The notes: generated by a model not told the origin, from the letters alone. Counted from the first letter of the stretch, positions 1-10,095 are shown. The stretch is 64,000 bases of DNA from Acidobacteriota bacterium (GCA_965263035.1 OZ253580.1:3584001-3648000); one strand, 5' to 3'. Translations and numbers: made by a program.

Positions 1-1
1 T

Positions 2-511
2 TGGGGGCGCATCGACATTCTGGTCAACAACGCGGGCCTCGGGAGCCCCGTTGCCCGAACCTGGGAACTGCCGGTCGAGGAGATGGACCGCAGCTACCGG
101 ACCAACCTCCGAGGCGTGTTCTCGTTCTGTCATCATGTGATTCCGCACATGCTGGAACGGGACTACGGGCGCATCGTCAACGTCTCGTCCGCCTCCGGCA
201 AGGAAGGGGTCGCCGGGGCGGCGCCCTATGCCGCGACCAAAGCCGGCGTCATCAGCCTCACCAAGTCGATCGGCGCCGAGCTGGCGAAGACGGGGATCCG
301 TGTGAACTGCGTCACTCCCGGCGCGGTTTTGACCCGTTTGCTGGAAAGACTGACGAAGGAGCAGATCGGCGGCATGATCACGCGGATTCCCATGGGACGC
401 ACCGGGACAGTGTCCGAGGTTGCGGCGCTCGTCGCCTGGCTGGCATCGGAGGAGTGCTCTTACAGCACCGGAGCGGTCTTCGACGTCAGCGGCGGCCGGA
501 CGACGTACTGA
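2..511 (+). CDS. SDR family NAD(P)-dependent oxidoreductase, 5'-partial (runs off window start)
   Basis: Frame from nt 2 reads WGRIDILVNNAGL; YAATK (YxxxK) catalytic motif, IRVNCVTPG, C-terminal DVSGG. Confidence 0.93.
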   Translation, partial: WGRIDILVNNAGLGSPVARTWELPVEEMDRSYRTNLRGVFSFCHHVIPHMLERDYGRIVNVSSASGKEGVAGAAPYAATKAGVISLTKSIGAELAKTGIRVNCVTPGAVLTRLLERLTKEQIGGMITRIPMGRTGTVSEVAALVAWLASEECSYSTGAVFDVSGGRTTY

Positions 512-516
512 GCCAG

Positions 517-675
517 GAGCCTGCGCCGCAGAAATTGATCTACTGCGATAGCGGTAGAATCGGTCCATATTTCCCCGATTTGTCGGCGAATAGAACAACT
601 ATGCACCTCAAAATCGAGAAAATCTGGCCTCGATTCCCCACTTTCTCGCTACGATCATTTCTACCGCGCAGACTC
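517..675. mobile_element. MITE-like foldback element, family A, copy 1
   Basis: Ends GAGCCTGCGCCGCAGAAATTGATC ... GATCATTTCTACCGCGCAGACTC are imperfect inverted repeats; 4 mismatches to the copy at 4703-4861; flanks CCAG / CTAG; no credible coding capacity. Confidence 0.85.
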
Positions 676-734
676 CTAGGAGCGATGGAGCCTTGTCACC
701 GGCGGCACCTCAGACGAGTGGGGATTCCTTGGCG

Positions 735-1817
735 ATGACCCGGATTCACCAATTGGACGGGTTGCGCGCCGCGGCCATGCTGCTGGTCGTCGTGTTGCAC
801 GCCGGGTGTTTCCTGATCTCCTTCTCCGACTTCTGGCCTGCGGAACACGTGTACGCCAAGGCCACGGAACCTCGGTACAACCCCTACACGTACCTGCTGA
901 TGGCCCTGGTCGGGTGTCTCATGCCGCTGTTTTTCATCCTGAGCGGATACTTCACGGCCGTGCAATGGCAGCATCGGGGGCTGGCACAGATGGTTATGGC
1001 CCGCTTGAAGCACGTCGGCCTGCCCTTGCTGCTGGCAATGTTCACCGTCATCCCTCTCACTCACTGGGCTTTCACCGGAAGGGGAATCAACCCGATCGGT
1101 TGGCCGGAGCATTTCTACCATCTCTGGTTTCTCTGGTACCTGTTGCTGATCGTCGGAACTTTCGCCATCGCCGCCAAATTGGGCGTGCGGTTCCGTCATC
1201 CCCTATGGTGGTCGCTCGTCCCGGCGTCCATCGTGCCGCAGTACTTCATGCGCCAGATCCTGGGCGCCGACGTACCCTCCGAGTTCCTGCCCGAACCCTC
1301 GATACTCGGCTACTACCTCGTATTCTTCCTGGTCGGAGTCTTGCTCTATCAGCGGAGTGTGCGGGTGCGCCGGTGGTGGTCCGCGGGACTGTTCGTGAGC
1401 CTTCCGGTTCTGCCGCTGGCGCTGGCGTTTCTGTATCCTGGAAAAATTGAATTCGTGGACCCGGCGGGGGCCTGGGCGCCGTTGGGAGCAGCCGTGTTTC
1501 AGGTCGCGTTCACTTGGCTGGCCTGCTTCGGAATGATGGGATTGTTCCGCCGCATTGCGTCGCGGGAGCGGTCCTGGGTGCGTTATGTCGCGGACGCCTC
1601 CTATTGGATCTACGTCATGCATCTGCCGCTGGTGGTCTGGGGGCAGAGGCTGGCCGTGGACAAGGCGCTCAATCCTCACTTGGCGTTCGGGTTGATCTGC
1701 GTGACCGTGCCAGGTCTTTTGTTGGCGGTCTATGAGTGGGGTGTTCGTTATACCTGGATCGGGACCATGCTGAACGGCAAGCGATTCCGGATTCGCCCTG
1801 TGCCCTCGGATGGGTAG
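735..1817 (+). CDS. Acyltransferase family 3 membrane protein (OpgC/MdoC-like)
   Basis: DGLRAAAMLLVVVLHA, MPLFFILSGYF, HLWFLWYL, ADASYWIYVMHLP motifs; multiple TM segments; ATG 735 preferred to upstream TTG. Confidence 0.88.
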   Translation: MTRIHQLDGLRAAAMLLVVVLHAGCFLISFSDFWPAEHVYAKATEPRYNPYTYLLMALVGCLMPLFFILSGYFTAVQWQHRGLAQMVMARLKHVGLPLLLAMFTVIPLTHWAFTGRGINPIGWPEHFYHLWFLWYLLLIVGTFAIAAKLGVRFRHPLWWSLVPASIVPQYFMRQILGADVPSEFLPEPSILGYYLVFFLVGVLLYQRSVRVRRWWSAGLFVSLPVLPLALAFLYPGKIEFVDPAGAWAPLGAAVFQVAFTWLACFGMMGLFRRIASRERSWVRYVADASYWIYVMHLPLVVWGQRLAVDKALNPHLAFGLICVTVPGLLLAVYEWGVRYTWIGTMLNGKRFRIRPVPSDG

Positions 1818-1941
1818 CCCGTGAAATGCTCAATGAGTAGAAGTCGAAACGCTCTGATCGCGGGAGCCGGGCTTTCGGGGGTGGGAGCCGCGGGCACGCT
1901 GTGCCTCACGGCTCCGGGAACGATTCCCTGCCGACGACAGG

Positions 1942-3642
1942 TCAGCGACTCTGGACCGGGTCGCTCTCGTTCATGGCTGAGCCATCCGGCCTTCTCAGGA
2001 AGAGCGAAATGACAACGGCGACGGACACAACCGCGGCGCTGACCGTAAACACGTCTCCAATCGCTCCGGACAGAGCGGAACTGAGGTTGGCGAGAAGAGC
2101 GTCCGCCATCTCGACGCCATCAGCGCTGCCGTCGGAGAATCCGGACCTCAGCTTGTCGATGGCGGACGGATCGATCAACGCTCTTGGATTGTCCTTGAGG
2201 GCGTCGAGTCGTCCGGGAGGAAGGGCGGCCCTCACCTTGGCCGAAACCGTCTCTTCCACCCGCAAAGAGAACCTGTTCCTTAACCAGGCGCCCAGCAGGG
2301 CGAGACCTGTCGTCCCGCCGATCAACCTGAAGAATTGAAGCGCCGAGGTCGCGGTTCCCAGGAGCCGAACCGGCACCGAATTCTGAACGGCCATGGCAAA
2401 GGTGGACAGTGTCCCGCCCAACCCCACGCCCATGATCACGATGAATCCCATTGCCCGGGCGAAGCTCGTACTCTCGTTCATGGTAGAGATGAGGACCATG
2501 CCCGCAGCCATGCACCCGGTACTGACCAGTCCCTGCCGCCGGTAATTTCCACCGGTTCGGGAGAGCAGCAGTCCGAAAAAAATGGAGCCGAAGACGATCT
2601 CCAGCATCATCGGAGTCATGAAGCCGCCGCTTCCGGTCGCGGATGCTCCCAGAACCCCCTGGAAGAAGAGGGGTAGTAAGATGACGGTCCCATACAAACC
2701 AAAGCCGGTCAGGAAGGCGACGCTCGCCGAGATGGACACCATCCGGTTGGTGTAGATTTCCAGGGGCATGATGGGAGAAACGGACCTGGATTCCACGATC
2801 AGGAAGGCTGCACCCATTGCCAATCCAAATCCCAGAAGGCCGATGATTTGCGGCGAGCCCCACCCGTACTGGACGCCGGCCCACGACAGCGCCAGCATCG
2901 TGGGCACCACGGCAAGTATCAGGGCCATCATGCCGGGATAATCCAGCTTTCGATTTTCGACCTGGGGCCTGATGTCGGGGAAGGTGAGCGCGATCAGCAG
3001 CAACACTGGAATCCCTATGGGAACATTGATCAGAAAGATCCAGTTCCAGGAGAGATGGTCCGTGATGAAGCCCCCCAGGCTCGGCCCGATGACCGACGCC
3101 ATGCCGAACACGAGAGCGATCAATCCCTGAAATCTGCCCCGTTTCCGGGGCGGGAACAGGTCCGGGATCGACCGAAAGCTCATGGTCATGAGGATTCCGC
3201 CGCCGATGCCCTGCAGGGCACGGGATGCGATGAGCTGATTCATGGATTGGCTGAGACCCGCCGGTATGGAGCCGAGGATAAAGACCGTGATCCCCAGGAC
3301 GAAGAAGAGCTTGCGCCCGTAGATGTCGGTGAGTCTTCCGGCAATGGGGATCGCCACCGTTGACGCGACCAGATAAGCGGTCGCGGCCCACGTGTAGCGG
3401 TCGAAACCGCCCAAGTCGGCGATGATGCGCGGCATGGCGGCGGCGACGACGGTCTGGCCCAGCACGGCCAGAAACATCGCAAACATCGCTCCGGTCATCG
3501 TCAACACGACCTGTCTGGTGGAAAGTCGACCGAAGTCCCCTGCCGCCGAGGGGTCCGCGGTGAATCGCTTGGTTGAACCGGATTCGTCGTTTATTCCTTT
3601 GGCTCGCTCTACGTCCGGCGGAATCCCGTTGCGGCCTATCAC
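1942..3642 (-). CDS. MFS transporter, DHA2 (EmrB/QacA) family
   Basis: Motif A GRLTDIYGRK, ASRALQGIGGG, GPSLGGFITDHLSWNWIFLINVPIG; about 14 hydrophobic segments. Confidence 0.93.
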   Translation of the reverse strand: MIGRNGIPPDVERAKGINDESGSTKRFTADPSAAGDFGRLSTRQVVLTMTGAMFAMFLAVLGQTVVAAAMPRIIADLGGFDRYTWAATAYLVASTVAIPIAGRLTDIYGRKLFFVLGITVFILGSIPAGLSQSMNQLIASRALQGIGGGILMTMSFRSIPDLFPPRKRGRFQGLIALVFGMASVIGPSLGGFITDHLSWNWIFLINVPIGIPVLLLIALTFPDIRPQVENRKLDYPGMMALILAVVPTMLALSWAGVQYGWGSPQIIGLLGFGLAMGAAFLIVESRSVSPIMPLEIYTNRMVSISASVAFLTGFGLYGTVILLPLFFQGVLGASATGSGGFMTPMMLEIVFGSIFFGLLLSRTGGNYRRQGLVSTGCMAAGMVLISTMNESTSFARAMGFIVIMGVGLGGTLSTFAMAVQNSVPVRLLGTATSALQFFRLIGGTTGLALLGAWLRNRFSLRVEETVSAKVRAALPPGRLDALKDNPRALIDPSAIDKLRSGFSDGSADGVEMADALLANLSSALSGAIGDVFTVSAAVVSVAVVISLFLRRPDGSAMNESDPVQSR

Positions 3643-3747
3643 AATACCTTGAAGACCCGGGCTTCAAACCGGGACAGGGAAGAGGAAGTGTTTGTGAGGC
3701 TCAGGATCGGACGGCGCGCCGAGCGGCATCACGTCCCGATGCCGGCG

Positions 3748-4587
3748 CTAAACCTTCTCGGCGACGATCCCGATCATGGGCGGGGCCGACAAAAACGTGC
3801 CCGGATCCCGCTCCCGCTCCCGCCATTCGGTTTCGAAGGCTCTCCGTTCCGGCTCCGTCAACAAGCCGGATTCGACCAGCCGCGGCACGTAACTGAAGAA
3901 AAACTGGGTCGGCCATTTCCAGAAATTCGTCCCCGGTCTGATGAATCGAAGGAGCGGGACCAAGTCGACCAAGCGGCAGCCGGAGGCCGCGATCAGTCCC
4001 GGCAGCCGGTCGCCGATGTTGAGATCACCCCCGTTGCGGACAAAGCTCTTGTAGACTGCCGCAAGGACGCGATCGAACGCCGGGCTTCGTGGATGAAGGG
4101 TCGTCCCGCTGTAGTTCAGGTAGTCCCAGACCACGAGTCGGCCGCCGGACCGCAGCCCGAGCACGACCTGGTCGATCACCGGGGCCGGATCGGGAAGGAA
4201 ACAGAAGAGCCAGCGCGCGAAGACGCCGTCCAATGAGCCGGGCTCCAGTTGCAGCTCTTCGACCCGGTGCACCCGCGCCCTGAGTTGCCTGAGCCCGAGA
4301 CGTTTGGCTTCGCGGTTCAGCCTGCCGATGAAACGCACCGACTCGTCGACGGCGAGCACGCGGCCTCCGCCGCCGACCCGCTCCGCCAGTTCGAGGGAGG
4401 CGAATCCCGGTCCGCAGCCGAGATCGAGCAGCCGTGCACCCGGCCCGAATCCGGCGCGGTCCCAGAGGTCGCGCGCCGCCCCGGCCCACAACCGGTGCTG
4501 AGTCTTCAGGCGCGTTTCCTCCGCGGTATCGGTGCCGAGCAGGTACGGTTCGTCCGGAGTGAGGCTCGAATCCCGGGTACTCTTCAT
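3748..4587 (-). CDS. Class I SAM-dependent methyltransferase
   Basis: LLDLGCGPG motif I, VLAVD, SLDGVFARW, LRSGGRLVV. Confidence 0.9.
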   Translation of the reverse strand: MKSTRDSSLTPDEPYLLGTDTAEETRLKTQHRLWAGAARDLWDRAGFGPGARLLDLGCGPGFASLELAERVGGGGRVLAVDESVRFIGRLNREAKRLGLRQLRARVHRVEELQLEPGSLDGVFARWLFCFLPDPAPVIDQVVLGLRSGGRLVVWDYLNYSGTTLHPRSPAFDRVLAAVYKSFVRNGGDLNIGDRLPGLIAASGCRLVDLVPLLRFIRPGTNFWKWPTQFFFSYVPRLVESGLLTEPERRAFETEWRERERDPGTFLSAPPMIGIVAEKV

Positions 4588-4702
4588 GTGGCTATCTTGA
4601 TCGGATCAGACGATACCAGAGGCTGCGAACCGAACGGCTCACGTTCGTGGCCTAACTGCCGGCGCTGAAGATAGACAAGCCGTCGGTGAGTATCGCACCT
4701 TG

Positions 4703-4861
4703 GAGCCTGCGCCGCAGAAATTGATCTACTGCGAAAGCGGTAGAATCGGTCCATATTTCCCCGATTTCTCGGCGAATAGAACAACTATGCACCTCCAAAT
4801 CGAGAAAATCCGGCCTCGATTCCCCACTTTCTCGCTACGATCATTTCTACCGCGCAGACTC
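4703..4861. mobile_element. MITE-like foldback element, family A, copy 2
   Basis: Direct-orientation near-identical copy of 517-675; flanks CTTG / CTCG. Confidence 0.85.
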
Positions 4862-5159
4862 CTCGGAGGCCGGGTCACCATTCTCGCGGGTCGTGCGGCG
4901 GGAGACTCGGGTCCTGGGCCGGCACGACGAGTCATCGATGGTAGTCCCTGCCCCGTTCCCGGGCAGCAACCCCGATTCTCCTTTGGCGCCTCGACGGCGA
5001 GCGCTGGAGAGTGGAGGTCCCCCGGCTGGCTGCCCGAAAATATTTGAACCGCCACTACCAGGGACGTCCCGGGGACCCGAAGTCCCTGCCTCCGGCCCTC
5101 GAAGTCTTTCCTCAGAACGGTCTGCGGTTTCATTTCCTGAGCAGGAACCAGACGGCTGC

Positions 5160-5248
5160 CGTGATTCCCGTAGCCGATCCGTCGATTCAGTGGCCTCGTC
5201 GGGAAAGACCCACGCCATGGTCACCGAGCAATCGAGTACGAACGCCAT
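5160..5248 (-). pseudogene. vapC: Truncated VapC/PIN-domain toxin (first ~30 codons only)
   Basis: MAFVLDCSVTMAWVFPDEATESTDRLRES is a typical VapC N-terminus and overlaps the antitoxin stop; PIN-like sequence ends abruptly after RES. Confidence 0.75.
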
Positions 5249-5490
5249 CAGTACTTGCGTCCCTCCTCGATCATCTGACGGACCGAGAGACCAGCCAGGC
5301 TGCGGGTCTCCTGAAACGCCTTCAGGCTATCGATCGCGGCCCGGATTCTTCCGGCGTCACGTGGTCTTAACGGAATCAACTCCGCCACCGGACGATTGTG
5401 CTTCGTTATGACGAATCGTTCCCCCGCCTGCACGCGTTTCAACAACCGCGACAGGTTCTTTCTTGCTTCGAATGCGCCGATTTCAGACAT
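5248..5490 (-). CDS. Type II antitoxin, Phd/YefM family
   Basis: MSEIGAFEARKNLSRLLKRVQAGERFVITKHNRPVAELIP signature; 80 aa; coupled to VapC remnant. Confidence 0.92.
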   Translation of the reverse strand: MSEIGAFEARKNLSRLLKRVQAGERFVITKHNRPVAELIPLRPRDAGRIRAAIDSLKAFQETRSLAGLSVRQMIEEGRKY

Positions 5491-5535
5491 GCCACGATCC
5501 TCCCAGTGTCACCGGGCAAGAAAATAAACTATATG

Positions 5536-5555
5536 CAGACCAGTTTAACGGTCTG
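5536..5555. promoter_or_regulatory. Putative TA autoregulatory operator
   Basis: CAGACC-N8-GGTCTG inverted repeat in an AT-richer patch about 45 bp upstream of the antitoxin start. Confidence 0.5.
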
Positions 5556-5658
5556 GCCCAGCGCAGCCAGAAACAGGGCCGGCATCACGCCGGTCATGGG
5601 CAGGACAATCTGTCGTCTGGGAAGTTGGACGAAATCCCTGACCCGGACTGACGGTCGA

Positions 5659-6642
5659 CTAATTCCTTTGTGGACCCGTCACGTCCCACCACATTCCTCT
5701 GCTGGTTGTCTTGAGTATTCCGCCTTCCCCTCCATAGTAGAGGGTCGGTGGATTGGTCTTGGTATCAAAGACCAGCGTCCATGTCCTGTTGGACCATTGC
5801 AGTCCGGCCGGCCGGAAGCGGGAACCCCCGTCGATGCTTCGAAAAACGCCCTTCGTCGTCCCCGCGTAGACGTGACTCGATGCGGTGGGGTCCACCGCCA
5901 ATGCCAGGATGTGCTGAGTAAGGGGCTCTTTCCCCGAATTCCAGCTCTGTCCCCCGTCCGTGGATTTGAAGACGCCGGCAGAGCTGGTCGCGGCGTAGAG
6001 CACGCTGGAATTTGACGGATCGATGGCGATGGCTCGAACGTCGATGTCGTATAAGCCGTTCCGATTCGCCGACCAGATTTCCCCGCCGTCCGTGGACTTG
6101 TAGACTCCGTGCCAGGTGCCTGCATAGAGGATCTCCGCATTACCAGGATCGCCGACGAGACGGCGCAGCGTCTTGTCGACCAGTCCCCGGTTCGCCTCTC
6201 GCCAGTTTTTCCCTCCATCGACAGTCTTGAAGACGCCTCCACCGTCCGTTCCCGCATACACGATTTGCCCGTTTTCCGGATCGATGACCAGGCCGCGGAT
6301 TCTCCCGTTCGTGATTCCGGAACTGGTACGGCTCCATGACCGGGCGCCGTCCGTGGACTTGTAGACGCCCATCTCATAGGTGCCTACGTAGAGCACTTGC
6401 GGCTTCGACCTGTCCAGGACGATGGCGCGCGGGGAAAGCGCCTCGAGGCCGCTTGAGGGCCAGTTGTCCTTGCCGCCCGAGGTCGTTTTGCAGAGACCCT
6501 TGGCGGCGCCCGCGTACAGGGTTCCGGGATCCGTCGGATGTAGTGCGATCACCTGCGTCTCGCCACCGCCTGGCGAACCCATCTGAGCCAAGCCCATGAC
6601 CTGGGACGAAACCGTTGCGAGGGCGAGCAGCAGAACTCTCAT
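5659..6642 (-). CDS. Exported BNR/Asp-box repeat beta-propeller protein
   Basis: Repeated GVYKSTDGG.W units; signal peptide MRVLLLALATV; ATG 6642 lies 5 bp after the upstream gene stop. Confidence 0.85.
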   Translation of the reverse strand: MRVLLLALATVSSQVMGLAQMGSPGGGETQVIALHPTDPGTLYAGAAKGLCKTTSGGKDNWPSSGLEALSPRAIVLDRSKPQVLYVGTYEMGVYKSTDGARSWSRTSSGITNGRIRGLVIDPENGQIVYAGTDGGGVFKTVDGGKNWREANRGLVDKTLRRLVGDPGNAEILYAGTWHGVYKSTDGGEIWSANRNGLYDIDVRAIAIDPSNSSVLYAATSSAGVFKSTDGGQSWNSGKEPLTQHILALAVDPTASSHVYAGTTKGVFRSIDGGSRFRPAGLQWSNRTWTLVFDTKTNPPTLYYGGEGGILKTTSRGMWWDVTGPQRN

Positions 6643-6647
6643 TGGAG

Positions 6648-8594
6648 TCACTCCCGCCCATCCCACGGAAAGGCATATCGAGGCGCCGAAGCGAATCGAT
6701 CGAGTCCGATCTTGAGAGTGATGCCCGTTCCAGGTTCGAGGTCGACTCCGAAATACGTTCCGTTGACCTGCGCCGTTCGACTTTCGGTCTCGTCGGCGTC
6801 TGGCGGATTGGAGCCCGGCACCCATGCCGATGCCGCCGCTTGGTACGACACGCCCCGGATTCGATGCTCGCCGTACGACCCTCCCTGGACGATCAGCCTC
6901 CGCTTTTCGAACAGGTTCGTGTTGACGAGTTCGACTGTCACCGAGTCGGAGGCAACCCCGGTGGCCAGCGCCGCGACGCCTTGCGGCAGCCCGGCCTGGC
7001 GCTTGTCGAGGTCGAAGTAACGGACGTACGAATGCAGCATCTCTCCGCGCTTGTGGACCGGAAGTCCTGCAATTGTGAGCCGCACCAGGTTGTCCGTCGG
7101 CATGGGCTCGAGTGCGAGCCAGTGCGCGTCATACCAGGTTTCGGGGTCTCCGTGCTCATTGAGGATTCTCGCAAGCCTGTGCTGGACGAATTTCAGGTCC
7201 CGGCGGAACGCGTCGACCGGAAACTGCGGATTGTTTCCCTGAACGAAGTACGCCCACCCCAGGTCGGGGTCGCTGAGCTCGCCCCGCCCCTTTTCGAGCT
7301 CGGCGAGGCGTTCGACTTGATCCCAGTCCCGCTCGGACTGCGACATGTGCCAAAGCTGTACGTACGGGGATGGCGGCTCCTGCGTGAAGTGGTGCCATTT
7401 GCGGCGGCTGTCGTACCGGATGGGCACCATGGAGACGCCGTCCCGGACCTCCCCGCGTCTTCTCATCACCCATGCTTGGCTCCGGGGCAGGTCCAGCCAG
7501 CGCTGCTCACCTGTCATCAGGAGAGCCACCTTGGATGCGGTCAGGGTGGCCAGCACGATGTCCGTGCCGCCTCGTGGCCATTTCCAGCCATAGTACCCGC
7601 CCCACCATTGGCCTCCGGTGTACTCGCCGATCTTCCCGCTGAGTCCGACGTTGTCAGGAGTGATCCCGTCGTTCAATTGCGTGAGCTCGATCCATTTGCC
7701 CAGGTAGTCGACGATCCACTGGCGGTACTTCTCGTCCGCCGTGTAGAGGAATGCGTTCGCGATCAAGGGTGCGGCGGTGAGATTGATGGGGACGTCGCCC
7801 CGTGCCATGCGATCGCTCATGGTCTGCACGATCCGCCGGAACTGGTCGTCCCCGGGACCATCGTTGATCCATCCTGTGGGGGAGCTCACTCCCGGGATGT
7901 CGTCGAAGGGCAGGTGGTAATAGACGAGATTCGCGTTCGTCGGAATCCAGTCGCGCTTCGTCCATTGCAGCTTCGGACCGCGGCTGCCCGTCATCGAGGC
8001 CCGCATCAGCCTTTGTTCAGTGTCGTAGTTGGGCGCCTCGGGGTCCTCGCCGGTGTACATCGCCGCGAAGCGGATCGACCGGTCCCGAAAGGCTCTGTCA
8101 TGCGGGTCCGCCATCCCCAAGGGGTAGAACGACACGTAGCCCTCCCCGTGGTGCATCCAGTCCCAGTTGCCGTCGAATTCGCGGTAGATCTGGCCGTACC
8201 GTGTGAACTGCCGTGTGATGCCTTCCCAGACCCGGCGGTGGAGGATATCCAGCTCCTTCGAGCCTCCGAGCACGTGGTGGAGAGAGAAGCCGCGGAACCC
8301 CTCGTATGCATCGTCGGACGAGTTCATTCCACCCTCGTACCGTTCCTTCCACCGCAATCTGCCGTCGGGGAGTGTGTAGGCCTTGACGAACTCGGCCCCG
8401 GCGCGATCCAGCGTTTCGATCAGGTGGCGCTGCAAGACAGCCCATGCGGGGGCCGGACGTGGAACGTCGGCGCGGATGACGCGAATTCCCGAAAGGGGCT
8501 CGCCTTGGGGAGCGGCGGCGAACGCACCCGATGCGAGCACGGCAAACTGCATGGCCGCGGCAGCCTGGAGCAGGAAGCGTCGCCGACTCGTCAT
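6648..8594 (-). CDS. Tat-exported uncharacterised protein (probable alpha/alpha barrel plus beta domain); paralog of 26355-28193
   Basis: MTSRRRFLL Tat motif; shares DDA.E, (K/R)EF...DW.H.GE, ED.EAPNYD, GSRGP, GD.P.NL, RYFD...RAG.P..VAAL with 26355-28193. Confidence 0.8.
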   Translation of the reverse strand: MTSRRRFLLQAAAAMQFAVLASGAFAAAPQGEPLSGIRVIRADVPRPAPAWAVLQRHLIETLDRAGAEFVKAYTLPDGRLRWKERYEGGMNSSDDAYEGFRGFSLHHVLGGSKELDILHRRVWEGITRQFTRYGQIYREFDGNWDWMHHGEGYVSFYPLGMADPHDRAFRDRSIRFAAMYTGEDPEAPNYDTEQRLMRASMTGSRGPKLQWTKRDWIPTNANLVYYHLPFDDIPGVSSPTGWINDGPGDDQFRRIVQTMSDRMARGDVPINLTAAPLIANAFLYTADEKYRQWIVDYLGKWIELTQLNDGITPDNVGLSGKIGEYTGGQWWGGYYGWKWPRGGTDIVLATLTASKVALLMTGEQRWLDLPRSQAWVMRRRGEVRDGVSMVPIRYDSRRKWHHFTQEPPSPYVQLWHMSQSERDWDQVERLAELEKGRGELSDPDLGWAYFVQGNNPQFPVDAFRRDLKFVQHRLARILNEHGDPETWYDAHWLALEPMPTDNLVRLTIAGLPVHKRGEMLHSYVRYFDLDKRQAGLPQGVAALATGVASDSVTVELVNTNLFEKRRLIVQGGSYGEHRIRGVSYQAAASAWVPGSNPPDADETESRTAQVNGTYFGVDLEPGTGITLKIGLDRFASAPRYAFPWDGRE

Positions 8595-8832
8595 AGCGGG
8601 AATCGACAGTCGAACTACCACTTTTGCAATTCCTTTTCCGGGTTCAGGCCAGTAGCAAGCGGAGCATCGCCCCACTTCGCGACCATGCGGATGCCGTTTG
8701 TGGCACCTTCCGTTCCATACCCGGCTCTTCAGGATAGATCTACTTTGAATTCGGTAGGGCAAGGGCGCTGTGCACCCGCTGCAGAGCCGGTTCTTGCGGA
8801 CTGGGCAGAGCCCTTGGCCAGTCCGGTTTAAC

Positions 8833-10095
8833 TCAGCTTCTCCAGAATTGCGACTTCCTAGACGCTTGGTAGCTCACCGACAGGTGGGGGGTCTCGAGCC
8901 TCTTACCGCCTTGGGACAGTGACTGACATCCAGCCTCGACCAGGCCGGTGGTCAGCAGCGTCCGTTCCACCGGATAGGGAGCTTTTCCCGTCAGCACCAT
9001 CTCCTCCACCTTGGACATCAGGGCCGCTGAATAAACGACGTTGGGGCTCGGGGGAAGGTAGACCAGGGTAGAGAGAGGAGCCGCGCGGTCCGTGAGCCGG
9101 GCGGCGAAGGTGAAGTCTCCGACCAGGCCGTTCAAGAGCAGCATGGTGGCCTTCAATCCATCGTTGTACCGGAAACGATAAACGACCGGTTCCTCCACCC
9201 ATTGCCGGATCTGCTCAGAGGTGGGATACCGGTGGTTCACGTCTTCCGCCTGAGCGAGCGTGTGGCTGCGGGAGAGGCACGAGTGGAACAGTTGCGGGTC
9301 CCAGCCTCCGCCGTCAGAGGAGCCTTTTCCCATGGCGTCCCAGACCCGATCGCCCCGCAGTCCCTGAAGCCAGGCGACTCCGGTTTCACCGCCCCGGCGG
9401 CGTTCGGCCATGCACTGGATCGTTTCCAGGGCATGGAAGTCGTAGCTGTCCACCCCGCCCATGGCCACGCACATCACCTCCTCGACCTCGGCGCCATAGG
9501 GCATGTCTATGTCCGGCATTCTCCAGGTGACGGGCAAAGATGAGCCGGCCAGAAACGGGAAACCCATCGATCGTGCCGTGTCGACCATCTCCTTGGCCCA
9601 AGCCCATTTCCACGAAAGATGTTTGTCGTTGAAGACGGGCACCGTTCGCCCGTCCTGCTTGAAGACTTCTAAGATCTCCTTGAAGAATTCGTAGCGGGGA
9701 TAGAGCGTTTGGCCCAGGTCGTTGACCGGGTATTTTCCGTGTTCGCCGATCAAGAGAACGACGTCGACGGCCAGTTTGTCGCCGCCGCAGCGTAGAGCCT
9801 CTGCGATGGTGGGATAGATGCGGAACCCGAACTCCCGGGCCCGGGAACGGCTCAGGTCATTCTCCGGTTTCTGGTCCACATAGGCCGAAACCAGTTCAAT
9901 CGGAGACCGGTGCCACCGTCCCTCCATGGGGTGTCCCGCCAGGAATCGCTCCCCCATGTGCCAGGCATGGGACCGGAAGCGCCATTCGGTGGTCACGAGG
10001 GCCAGACGCTTGGCTTGCCTCGGGTTGGTCCAAAGCAGAGGCGTGGCCGCCAGGCTGCTCCCAAGGGCTCCGATGAAGGTGCGGCGCTGGATCAT
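8833..10095 (-). CDS. Tat-exported Gfo/Idh/MocA-like oxidoreductase, copy 1
   Basis: QRRTFIG Tat motif; VFNDKHL (EKP-equivalent), AGSSLP, SYDFHALE. Confidence 0.75.
   Translation of the reverse strand: MIQRRTFIGALGSSLAATPLLWTNPRQAKRLALVTTEWRFRSHAWHMGERFLAGHPMEGRWHRSPIELVSAYVDQKPENDLSRSRAREFGFRIYPTIAEALRCGGDKLAVDVVLLIGEHGKYPVNDLGQTLYPRYEFFKEILEVFKQDGRTVPVFNDKHLSWKWAWAKEMVDTARSMGFPFLAGSSLPVTWRMPDIDMPYGAEVEEVMCVAMGGVDSYDFHALETIQCMAERRRGGETGVAWLQGLRGDRVWDAMGKGSSDGGGWDPQLFHSCLSRSHTLAQAEDVNHRYPTSEQIRQWVEEPVVYRFRYNDGLKATMLLLNGLVGDFTFAARLTDRAAPLSTLVYLPPSPNVVYSAALMSKVEEMVLTGKAPYPVERTLLTTGLVEAGCQSLSQGGKRLETPHLSVSYQASRKSQFWRS

Noticed and set aside
517-738. Shared peptide EPAPQKLIYC...FLPRRLLG in ORFs 1-738 and 4700-5047
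   Set aside because: It is only the translation of MITE family A; not evidence of a protein family.
4945-5165. Protein-like + strand stretch (PILLWRLDGERWRVEVPRL...) abutting the VapC break
   Set aside because: May be a gene remnant, but it has no recognisable family motif, start or RBS.
6615-8831. Long antisense ORFs (also 13057-15153, 37182-39194, 40275-42581, 47195-49420, 51018-52574)
   Set aside because: Shadow frames opposite well-supported genes, expected in GC-rich DNA; no motifs.
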